Assembly: GCA_050874585.1 (NCBI GenBank)
Contig: JBNMKZ010000001.1
Coordinates: 49,257-113,256 of the forward strand
DNA: 64,000 bases
Direction of reading: 5' to 3'
Origin: Verrucomicrobiota bacterium
Lineage (GTDB): Bacteria > Verrucomicrobiota > Kiritimatiellia > RFP12 > UBA1067
Below the pieces are notes generated by a model, which saw nothing but the letters and a program-made list of their open reading frames with translations, was not told where the DNA came from and made no database searches. Positions 25,584-32,582 of this stretch are shown in pieces (positions within the stretch are counted from its first letter, which is position 1; each line of letters begins with the position of its first letter). The translations under genes and the position numbers were made by a program.

Positions 25584-27179
25584 ATGAAACGACTCCCCTT
25601 CCTTCTCACTTTGCTCTGCGCCGGACTCGTCCAGGCGATGGACTTCATTCCCCTCGACCGCCCAAAATCCGTTCTGGTCGATGGCCGCCCCGGAAAAGAC
25701 CGCCTGGAATACCAGTCAGATGGAACACTCATTTTGAAAGGCGGCACGGCGTCCTGCGTCCAGCTCGCCTGGGAATGCGAATTCAAAACGCGGACAAGCG
25801 TCCTTGGCGGAATGTGGGAACGAACCTACGGTGACAGTGCCTGGCGGAGGATAGAATCGACAAATGTGCCGCGAGATGGGTTTATGGCATGGTATGTCCT
25901 CGTATCCGATGGCAGTCGCACGGACGGCTACGGCATCAAGGTTCAGCCCAATGCCTTCGCCAGTTGGCGGGTTTATCCGAACCGCCTCGAACTCTTCCTC
26001 GATGTCAGGGCGGGAACGCATCCCGTTGAACTCGGCACCCGCTCACTCGCCCTTTGCACACTTGTCTCGCGGCAGGGGCACGATAAGGAGTCCGCCTTTG
26101 CCGCCGGACGCGCATTCTGCCGCCTCATGTGCCCAACGCCGCGCCTGCCCGCCGCACCCGTCTATGGCTACAACGACTGGTACTGCGCCTACGGCAATAA
26201 CACGGCAACCAACTTTCTCGCCGACGTCAAGTTCCTCGTCGAGACCATGGACGCACAGCCCGGCGACCCCGTCACAAACCGCCCGTTCGCCATCGTGGAC
26301 GACGGCTGGCAGAATGCGATTCGCCATGGCGGCGACCCGCTGAAGCGCGGCGGGCAGTGGGGTTCGGTCAATCCACGATGGGGACTGCCAATGGCAGAGG
26401 TCGCACACCGCATCAAGACGATGAAGGCGCGGCCCGGTCTCTGGTACCGTCCGTTCGAGCCGGACGAAGGAGAGGTCAAACTGCCGATTGACCCGACCGA
26501 CCCAAAGTGGAAACGGCGGATCCGCGAGGACCTTGCACGGTTTGCCGACTGGGGCATGGAACTCGTCAAGATTGACTTCATCACCTATGACTGGAACGTC
26601 ACCTGGGGCTATGAGCTGACCGCCACGCCTTTCGGAAAGCCCCTCGCCCCCTGGCGTGATCGGACACGAACAAGTGCCGAGGTGATTCGCGACCTTTACC
26701 AGACCATGCGGGATGCGGCTGGCGATCGACTGCTCATTATCGGCTGCAATGCCATTGACCATTTTGCCGCAGGACTCTTCGAACTCCAGCGCACGGGTGA
26801 CGATACGAGCGGACGCGAATGGGCGCGAACACGCAAGATGGGACCGAACACGCTTGGTATGCGCGCCATCCACAACGGCATCTTCTATCTCAATGACGGC
26901 GATTGCGTCGGACTTGTGAACGAGGGTGACATTCCCTGGCAGAAGAACCGCCAGTGGCTTGACCTCGTCTCCCACAGTGGGACGGCACTGTTCACAAGTT
27001 GGAAACGCAGTCTTGTGACACCCGACATTGCCCGTGAACTTGGCCGCGCCTGGCGAACCGCCGCGCACTGTACGACGACTGGCGAACCGCTGGACTGGCG
27101 CTCAACGCCGCGTCCACGGCGCTGGCTTTTTGGCGAAAACTGCCGCGCCACCTACGATTGGGACAGTTCAAACGACTGA
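25584..27179 (+). CDS. Clan GH-D (GH27/GH36-like, alpha-galactosidase-type) glycoside hydrolase
   Basis: Signal peptide MKRLPFLLTLLCAGLVQA. YGYNDWY, IVDDGWQ, LVKIDFITYDW (candidate nucleophile region), LQRTGDDTSG (candidate acid/base region). Confidence 0.6.
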   Translation: MKRLPFLLTLLCAGLVQAMDFIPLDRPKSVLVDGRPGKDRLEYQSDGTLILKGGTASCVQLAWECEFKTRTSVLGGMWERTYGDSAWRRIESTNVPRDGFMAWYVLVSDGSRTDGYGIKVQPNAFASWRVYPNRLELFLDVRAGTHPVELGTRSLALCTLVSRQGHDKESAFAAGRAFCRLMCPTPRLPAAPVYGYNDWYCAYGNNTATNFLADVKFLVETMDAQPGDPVTNRPFAIVDDGWQNAIRHGGDPLKRGGQWGSVNPRWGLPMAEVAHRIKTMKARPGLWYRPFEPDEGEVKLPIDPTDPKWKRRIREDLARFADWGMELVKIDFITYDWNVTWGYELTATPFGKPLAPWRDRTRTSAEVIRDLYQTMRDAAGDRLLIIGCNAIDHFAAGLFELQRTGDDTSGREWARTRKMGPNTLGMRAIHNGIFYLNDGDCVGLVNEGDIPWQKNRQWLDLVSHSGTALFTSWKRSLVTPDIARELGRAWRTAAHCTTTGEPLDWRSTPRPRRWLFGENCRATYDWDSSND

Positions 27180-27197
27180 GGTTGAGAATCGGGCGCG

Positions 27198-27291
27198 GCA
27201 AAACCGCCTGCTCGTGGGCTTGCGCGGCCTGCCGTTGCCCGTCGGCTCGCGGTGCCCACGGGTCTTGCCGGTCTGCCGTCCGGCAGGCCAT
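27198..27291. repeat. Left-flank composite repeat of the 27.2-29.8 kb island
   Basis: GCAAAACCGCCTGCTCGTGGGCTTGCGCGGC (27198-27228) matches 29217-29247 at 30/31. CTGCCGTCCGGCAGGCCAT (27273-27291, contains palindrome CTGCCG-TC-CGGCAG) is identical to 29477-29495. Confidence 0.85.
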
Positions 27292-27364
27292 TCAGTCCCC
27301 TTCCTACCACCCTTACCTTCAGCCTCTCCCCCGCTCTGCAACCTCTGCGGCTGAAAACCACCCT

Positions 27365-27736
27365 CCCCTTTCCGCGCTTTCCGCGTGTTCCGCGCCCCTC
27401 CCCAAACTCGGCGGACAAACTTTCGATCTCGACGGAAAAACTTATCAACATTTCCCGCGAGTTTCCCCTTCTCCCTTCCACTAACCGACCGAAAGCCGCC
27501 ATCCGCCTCCCCTTTCCCGCGCTTTCCGCGTGTTCCGCCCCGTCCCCAAAACTCGGCGGACAAACTTTCAATCTCGGCGGAAGAACTTATCAACATCTCC
27601 CGCGAGTTTCCCCTTCTCCCTTCCGCTAACCGACCGAACGCCGCAATCCGCCGCCCCTTTCCCGCGCTTTCCGCGTATTCCGCGCCCCTCCCAAAACTCG
27701 GCGGACAAACTTTCAATCTCGGCGGAAGAACTTATC
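27365..27736. repeat. Tandem repeat, 2.6 copies of a ~145-bp unit
   Basis: Units at 27365-27508, 27509-27653 and 27654-27736 (truncated), about 90% identical by eye. Each begins CCCCTTTCC(C)GCGCTTTCCGCGTGTTCCGC and contains ACTCGGCGGACAAACTTTC.ATCTCG.CGGAA.AACTTATC. Confidence 0.9.
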
Positions 27737-27909
27737 TCGCCGGACGGAACGGCCCGTCAATCCCGCGAGTTGCCGCGAGGCCCAGTTCCGCAAGGCCCCC
27801 GCGCACCCCGCGAAATCCCCTCCCCCGTAAATCCCGCGAGGGGGGCGATACTGTCCGCCGCGCCGACGGGGGCGGTCCCCGCACGGCGGAAACGAAAGGA
27901 ACGACGAAC

Positions 27910-28122
27910 ATGAAGACGAAAGCCATGAGACGCGCGAAGGGCGGGAGCGGGATCGCCCGCATCCTGCGGCCCTCGAACTACACGCACGGCGCCCCGCGCC
28001 AGTGGACGCCCGCCCGCCGCGAGGCCTGGCGCACGGGACTCGCGCTCCTCCGCGCCGGCGAGCCGCTCGACCGCGTCCTCGCACGGGCCCGCGCCATCCT
28101 CCGCGAGGGGGGTGCGCGATGA
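27910..28122 (+). CDS. Hypothetical small basic protein (70 aa), island ORF1
   Basis: ATG preceded by the GAAAGGAAC RBS. Near-saturated G/C at third codon positions in this frame. ATGA overlap with ORF2. Confidence 0.6.
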   Translation: MKTKAMRRAKGGSGIARILRPSNYTHGAPRQWTPARREAWRTGLALLRAGEPLDRVLARARAILREGGAR

Positions 28123-28523
28123 GCGGCCCCACCCCGCAGCCGACCTCCCCCTCGCGTGTGCGCACGTGCGCCCGCGTTCTGAAGGGTGAAGGGTTAAGTA
28201 ATAATAATACTGGGGAGCCTCTCAGAACGCGCGTGCGCGTACGCGAGGGATTCTACGGCCCGGCCATCGCCCGCGACACCGACGCCGCGGTCGACTACGC
28301 CCTGCAGGCGACGCGCAACGACCCGCGCTATCGCGCCGCCTGGTGCTTCTACTGCCTGCACCTCGGCGTGAACACCTTCCTCGACCAGCTCGACGCGGTC
28401 CTCTCCTGCCACGCGCAGGGCGAGATCCTCGACCCCGCCCGCGCCTTCCACGCGCGGCTCCGCCAGATGGCCGACAGGACGCTCGGGCGCATCCGCACGG
28501 ACGGGAAGGGAGGTGCGCGATGA
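28119..28523 (+). CDS. Hypothetical protein (134 aa), island ORF2
   Basis: Very high GC3 in frame (GAC ACC GAC GCC GCG GTC GAC TAC GCC CTG...). ATGA overlaps at both ends. Contains an anomalous A/T run at 28194-28211. Confidence 0.6.
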   Translation: MSGPTPQPTSPSRVRTCARVLKGEGLSNNNTGEPLRTRVRVREGFYGPAIARDTDAAVDYALQATRNDPRYRAAWCFYCLHLGVNTFLDQLDAVLSCHAQGEILDPARAFHARLRQMADRTLGRIRTDGKGGAR

Positions 28524-28900
28524 GCAGCCGAAACGACCGGCTCAACGACGCGATGCTGCCGCTCGGGGCCGCCGGCGACCCGGATCGGTCCGCCGCCTTC
28601 TCCGACCGGGGCGCGGGCGCCGCGCACATCCGCCGCGCCCCCGACGGCGACGCGCACGACCGCCGCGAAAGCGCGGACCGGCGCCGCGCACGGCTCACCG
28701 GCCAGGCCATGCTCCTGCTGCTGCTCACCGGCAGGGGCTGGCTCTGCACCACCCTCGGCCTCGTCGCCGAGAACGGGCGCGACAGACGCTCGTCCATCCG
28801 CGAACTCGCCGGGAACGGCGGGGACGTGCGGACGGCCCGCCGCCGCTATGAGAGGCAGCGAGACTCCCTCCTCGCATTCTTCTCGGGCGGCGCAGATTAG
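28520..28900 (+). CDS. Hypothetical protein (126 aa), island ORF3
   Basis: Very high GC3 in frame; starts within the repeated junction GGTGCGCGATGAGC. Has a hydrophobic/HTH-like core LTGQAMLLLLLTGRGWLCTTLGLVAENGRDRRSSIRELA. Confidence 0.55.
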   Translation: MSSRNDRLNDAMLPLGAAGDPDRSAAFSDRGAGAAHIRRAPDGDAHDRRESADRRRARLTGQAMLLLLLTGRGWLCTTLGLVAENGRDRRSSIRELAGNGGDVRTARRRYERQRDSLLAFFSGGAD

Positions 28901-29003
28901 GCCAACCACGGACCACACGGAAGGCACGGAATGGGCTTTCGCGATTTCTCCTGGCCGCAAAGTGCGCAAAGAGACCAAAGACATTTGAGACTCCGAACTC
29001 TAT

Positions 29004-29075
29004 CTCTGCGACCTCTGCGGCCTCTGCGGCCAAGAACCACCCTCCACATTTCCGTGTGCTCCGCGTGTTCCGTGG
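29004..29075. repeat. Right-flank copy of island repeat modules
   Basis: CTCTGCGACCTCTGCGGCCTCTGCGGCCAAGAACCACCCTCC plus TTTCCGTGTGCTCCGCGTGTTCCGTGG parallels 27334-27392 (CTCTGCAACCTCTGCGGCTGAAAACCACCCTCC plus TTTCCGCGCTTTCCGCGTGTTCCGCG). Confidence 0.75.
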
Positions 29076-29216
29076 TTCAAATCAAAAACCGATGTCGCAT
29101 CTGTGTGCCTATATATATGGGGGGCATCGATGCGAGGCCCCCGACGAACTCAAACCCAACAACCCAGAACGACAGACAAGAGAAAGGAACAACGAACATG
29201 AAGAACCCGAAACTCA

Positions 29217-29495
29217 GCAAAACCGCCTGCTCGGGGGCTTGCGCGGCGGCTCGCCCGACCCGGATGCGGCGACGGTCTCGCAACGCCTCTCGCGCCTCGA
29301 CAAGCAGCTTCGCTGAGCCTGCCCTGCCTCGGCGACTATCACTGGCTGCGGACAAAGCAACTCCTACGGCTGCGAGCCGCACCGCACCTCTCGTGCGACC
29401 GCCGCGCTCACCCCCTCGCCCGAGAGGAAAGCCAGGCCGGCCACAGGCGGGACGCGGCAGAATGGTTTTGCCGCGCCTGCCGTCCGGCAGGCCAT
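29217..29495. repeat. Right-flank copies of the 31-nt and 19-nt island-bracketing repeats
   Basis: 29217-29247 and 29477-29495 match 27198-27228 and 27273-27291. They are 230 nt apart here versus 44 nt on the left. Confidence 0.85.
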
Positions 29496-29630
29496 CCAAA
29501 GTGCCGCGACAGGGCCTTTCACAACACTCGCGCAGCGAGTCCCACCTGCAACCCGGGCGGGCGCAAGTTGCGTCCCGCCCGCGTCCAAGTTAGGCCGCGG
29601 CACCCGGGAAGTTGAAACAACCACGGACAG

Positions 29631-29766
29631 CCTTGCGCCCTCCCTGCGGGGCCGGACACGAAAGGCCACCAAAACCGGCGAAGCCGGATACGAAACCGCC
29701 GCGCCCTTCCGTCGATTTCAGTGTCGGCCGATAGGCCGGTTCTGTGCATTCAGTGGCAAAAAACAA
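29631..29766. repeat. Dispersed copy of repeat modules X and Y (same family as 12.6-13.2 kb)
   Basis: X at 29631-29695 (about 88% match by eye to 12650-12714). Y at 29714-29766 (GATTTCAGTGTCGGCCGATAGGCCGGTTCTGTGCATTCAGTGGCAAAAAACAA). Confidence 0.88.
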
Positions 29767-29830
29767 ACCGAAACACCAACGAAAGGAAACACAACACATG
29801 AAACTCAGCAAGACCGAATCCGCCGCGACC

Positions 29831-29935
29831 TCAGTCCTCGCTATCGTCACCCTTGTCCACAACCCTGCCAAAAATGAACATTCCCAGCACAATTGCGACC
29901 GATACAACAAGAATCCAAACTACCTTCGCCGTCAT
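29831..29935 (-). CDS. Candidate 34-aa single-TM peptide coupled to the anti-sigma gene
   Basis: Below the ORF-track cut-off. The ATG directly abuts the anti-sigma stop (TAAATG). Hand translation: MTAKVVWILVVSVAIVLGMFIFGRVVDKGDDSED. Confidence 0.35.
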   Translation of the reverse strand: MTAKVVWILVVSVAIVLGMFIFGRVVDKGDDSED

Positions 29936-30280
29936 TTAGTCACGCTCCTTCCGCCGATTCACACGAAAACACTCCCGAAAGAACCCCAGCAACATCCACC
30001 CGGAGACGCTGTCCCGATCACCATTCGCCGCGTCCTGCGCGGCAATCAGCGACGTCTCGCCCAAGCCACTCACGCGTTCCGACCGGCCCGAGAGGCCGAC
30101 GGCGAGGATGCATCCAACCGAAAGAAGGGCCAGAACCGCCATGACCTTCGCACGGAAGACTCGCCGTGCGCGGCGAATCGAACCGACAAGCCGTTCTTCC
30201 ATTCCCGAAGGCAACTGGGTCGCCCCAACGCTCCTTCGTACCTTATTCGTAAGAATCGAATCGATTTCACTCTCGTTCAT
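29936..30280 (-). CDS. Putative anti-sigma factor (single-pass membrane protein)
   Basis: ATGA overlap with the ECF sigma stop. Short cytoplasmic N-terminus, one TM (VMAVLALLSVGCILAVGL), short C-terminal part. Confidence 0.6.
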   Translation of the reverse strand: MNESEIDSILTNKVRRSVGATQLPSGMEERLVGSIRRARRVFRAKVMAVLALLSVGCILAVGLSGRSERVSGLGETSLIAAQDAANGDRDSVSGWMLLGFFRECFRVNRRKERD

Positions 30281-30816
30281 GCACTCACCATCTCCTCTTT
30301 CTTTGACAGCCGCGCATAAAGCGCCGCTCGGGCATTGTAAAGGCGTGATTTGACCGTCCCCTCCGAGAGGTTCAGGATGCGGGCGATTTCTCCGATGGAC
30401 AGGTCCTCAAAATAGCGCAAGACCACCACCTCCCGCAACGGTTCCGAAATGCCGCGAACGGCCGCCCGAACGGCATCCGAATCGCACGACTCCAGAACCG
30501 CCATGACGCTCGGTGAGCACATCTCGGGCAGGTCGCACGGAGCACCAACTGGGATGACCTCGGCCTTCCGCTTGCGAAGGTCCATCCGCCGAAAGTTCAG
30601 CATAATCACATAGAGCCAACTGAAGAAATCGGACTTCGGCTGATAAAGCCCAATCTTCTTGATGGCCTGGTCAAATGACTTGTAGACAAGCTCCTCCGCA
30701 TCCGAGTCGTTCGGGCAAAGCAAAACCGCCGCGGCGAAAAGGCGGTTCCCGTACTCGGAAACGAGCCTCTTCGCCCCGCGTTCCCTGTCTTCTCTAATCG
30801 CCTGCCAGACTTCCAT
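30277..30816 (-). CDS. ECF-type RNA polymerase sigma-70 family factor
   Basis: Region 2 (DAEELVYKSFDQAIKKI...FFSWLYVIMLNFRRMDLRK) and region 4 HTH (LREVVVLRYFEDLSIGEIARILNLSEGTVKSRLYNARAAL). Confidence 0.9.
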   Translation of the reverse strand: MEVWQAIREDRERGAKRLVSEYGNRLFAAAVLLCPNDSDAEELVYKSFDQAIKKIGLYQPKSDFFSWLYVIMLNFRRMDLRKRKAEVIPVGAPCDLPEMCSPSVMAVLESCDSDAVRAAVRGISEPLREVVVLRYFEDLSIGEIARILNLSEGTVKSRLYNARAALYARLSKKEEMVSA

Positions 30817-30896
30817 CGAGGGTACGAATCATCTACTCTTCTTTCTAAAGGGGTAAATGCCGACCCGATGAAAAAGGTTCACTCGAATTGGTAGCG

Positions 30897-32579
30897 TCAG
30901 TACGACCGTCCCTCACTTCGGGCAAGATAGTTGTCAATGGCGTGCTGGAGAACCCGCTCCCCACCCGGTGTCGGGTAGTTTCCGGTGAAATACCAGTCGC
31001 CCGTCGTCATCGGACACGCCTTGCGCAAGTTCGGCATCGACTGGAAGATGACGTCCACCTTGGCCTTCATCTCCGGGGGTGTCAGCAGCGCGGCAATGGC
31101 TTTCGAAAGTTCCGACAGCGGAATCGCCGCGTAGGCTGCACGGAGGGCATCGGGGTTGCGCGGCACATCGTCCCCGCGCAACTTCAGGAGCGCCTTGAAG
31201 GCAACAAGTTCGCCAAGGGACGACATATCAATGCCATAGCAGTCGGGATAGGCGATAGGCGGTGCCGACGAGACGACGACGATGCGCTTCGGGCCGAGGC
31301 GATCCAGCATCGGAAGAATCGCATTGCGCATCGTATTGCCACGGACGATTGAATCGTCCAGGACGACGAGCGTATCCACACCCGGCTTCACCAGCCCATA
31401 GGTGACATCGTAGACGTGCTTGTAGAACTCACGCCGTGCGGCGGCATCCGCAATGAACGTGCGGAACTTCGCGTCCTTGACGGCAATCTGCCCAAAGCGG
31501 ACCGGTTGGCCCTCGGCAAGACCTTCCGTCCAAAGGGCCTCCAGAAGGCCGTGGAAGGCAACCTGAGCCGAATTCGGGATGTAGCTGAAGAACGTGTGCG
31601 CAAAGTCGTAGTTGACGGACTCCAGGATGGGCTTGGCAAGTGCCGCGCCGAGAGCCTTGCGCTCACGGTGAATATCCGCATCATTGGCCCGCGAAAAGTA
31701 GATGCGCTCGAAGACACAACTGCGCTTCTCGGCCGGTTCAAGAATCTTCTCGAACCGGACATCCCCTGCCGGCGAAACAATCATCGCCTCGCCCGGGACG
31801 AGTTCGCGGACATCATCCGTCCCACAATTGAACGCCGCCTGGATGGCCGGGCGTTCCGAGGCGGCGACGGCAACCTCGTCATCCACATAGCAATAGCCCG
31901 GGCGGATTCCATGTGCATCGCGAATCGCAAAGCTCCATCCGTCCGCCGTCATGCCACACAGGGTAAAGGCTCCGTCCAGGCGCGGCAAAAGTGAACGAAG
32001 TGCCGCGACCAGAACCTTCTCGCGGTCCTCCTCGCCCTTCATCTCGGCTTCCAGCATGCACGAGGCGAGCCACTCGCAGATGAGATAGCCGTCCGCCTGC
32101 GACTCGGGGAACTTGCCGATGTCGATATAGGCCTGGAACATCTCGTGCGTGTTCGTTAGGTTGAAGTTGCCCGCGAGGAAGAGCGTCCGCTTCAGGCGCG
32201 GCGACTTGTGGACGAACGGATGGCAGAAGCTGACGTCCCCCTTGCCGTACGTCGCATACCGAAGGTGTCCGAGGAACAAGGTCTCACCAAGAAATCGCCG
32301 ACGGGCAATCTGAGACAAAAGATCCGCCAGCGGATTCTCCACGGCGGACTTCAGAATATGATAAGCGCTCGAACCTGGTTCGGGTTCGAGCGTGAGGGCG
32401 GCCGCACCGGCCCCATCCTGTCCGCGATTGTGCTGCTTCTCCAGCAGGAGCGAGAGCTTCGTCCCGCCAAAATCGGCAACCCCGTACTTCTCGCGGTAAA
32501 AGGCGACGCCCTTGCGCAAGCGCAAGAGCGTCACCGCACATTCGTGTTTGATTTGATCCGACATTCGGAACTCCAACAC
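30897..32579 (-). CDS. purF: Amidophosphoribosyltransferase (long-form class II glutamine amidotransferase + PRTase)
   Basis: N-terminal ...KHECAV... (catalytic Cys after propeptide), QHNRGQDGAG, PRPP-binding loop TLVVLDDSIVRGNT. ATG at 32564 (MSDQIKHEC) is an alternative start. Confidence 0.85.
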   Translation of the reverse strand: MLEFRMSDQIKHECAVTLLRLRKGVAFYREKYGVADFGGTKLSLLLEKQHNRGQDGAGAAALTLEPEPGSSAYHILKSAVENPLADLLSQIARRRFLGETLFLGHLRYATYGKGDVSFCHPFVHKSPRLKRTLFLAGNFNLTNTHEMFQAYIDIGKFPESQADGYLICEWLASCMLEAEMKGEEDREKVLVAALRSLLPRLDGAFTLCGMTADGWSFAIRDAHGIRPGYCYVDDEVAVAASERPAIQAAFNCGTDDVRELVPGEAMIVSPAGDVRFEKILEPAEKRSCVFERIYFSRANDADIHRERKALGAALAKPILESVNYDFAHTFFSYIPNSAQVAFHGLLEALWTEGLAEGQPVRFGQIAVKDAKFRTFIADAAARREFYKHVYDVTYGLVKPGVDTLVVLDDSIVRGNTMRNAILPMLDRLGPKRIVVVSSAPPIAYPDCYGIDMSSLGELVAFKALLKLRGDDVPRNPDALRAAYAAIPLSELSKAIAALLTPPEMKAKVDVIFQSMPNLRKACPMTTGDWYFTGNYPTPGGERVLQHAIDNYLARSEGRSY

Positions 32580-32582
32580 GCA

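Noticed and set aside
27152-27716. ORF-track proteins inside the repeats (27152-27571 -, 27168-27716 -, 27385-28122 +, 12514-12891 -, 12801-13133 -, 12936-13343 +)
   Set aside because: Their sequences merely reiterate the DNA repeat (e.g. MKVCPPSFG.GAE.AESAGKGRR twice). They lack RBSs, and their frames are not supported by third-position bias.
29046-29090. tRNA-like T-loop word GGTTCAAATC
   Set aside because: No complementary T-stem, acceptor stem or anticodon arm can be drawn around it. The word lies inside a repeat module. No other tRNA-like sequence was seen in the window.
29198-29593. ORF MKNPKLSKTACSGACAAARP... (131 aa) with a good RBS in the island right flank
   Set aside because: After the duplicated start module the frame runs through repeat DNA. 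It yields an Arg/Pro/Ser low-complexity product without third-position bias. A different frame (ending ...SQRLSRLDKQLR at 29316) shows better bias. It is treated as a decayed duplicate of the ORF1 start rather than a gene.
27180-29800. Calling the island a prophage or integrative element
   Set aside because: No integrase, recombinase, capsid, terminase or replication gene is recognisable, and no tRNA is adjacent. Only repeats and three small ORFs are present, so the mobile-element label would be unsupported.
29744-30319. 191-aa plus-strand ORF (MHSVAKNK...MKLSKTESAATS...)
   Set aside because: It is antisense to the anti-sigma gene, which is ATGA-coupled to the ECF sigma gene. Only its first ~20 codons (another copy of the duplicated start module) lie outside that gene.
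30817-30896. ECF-type autoregulated promoter upstream of the sigma gene
   Set aside because: A GAACC word is present (minus strand, ~30866-30870). No convincing CGT(C/A) -10 lies at the expected 16-17-nt spacing.
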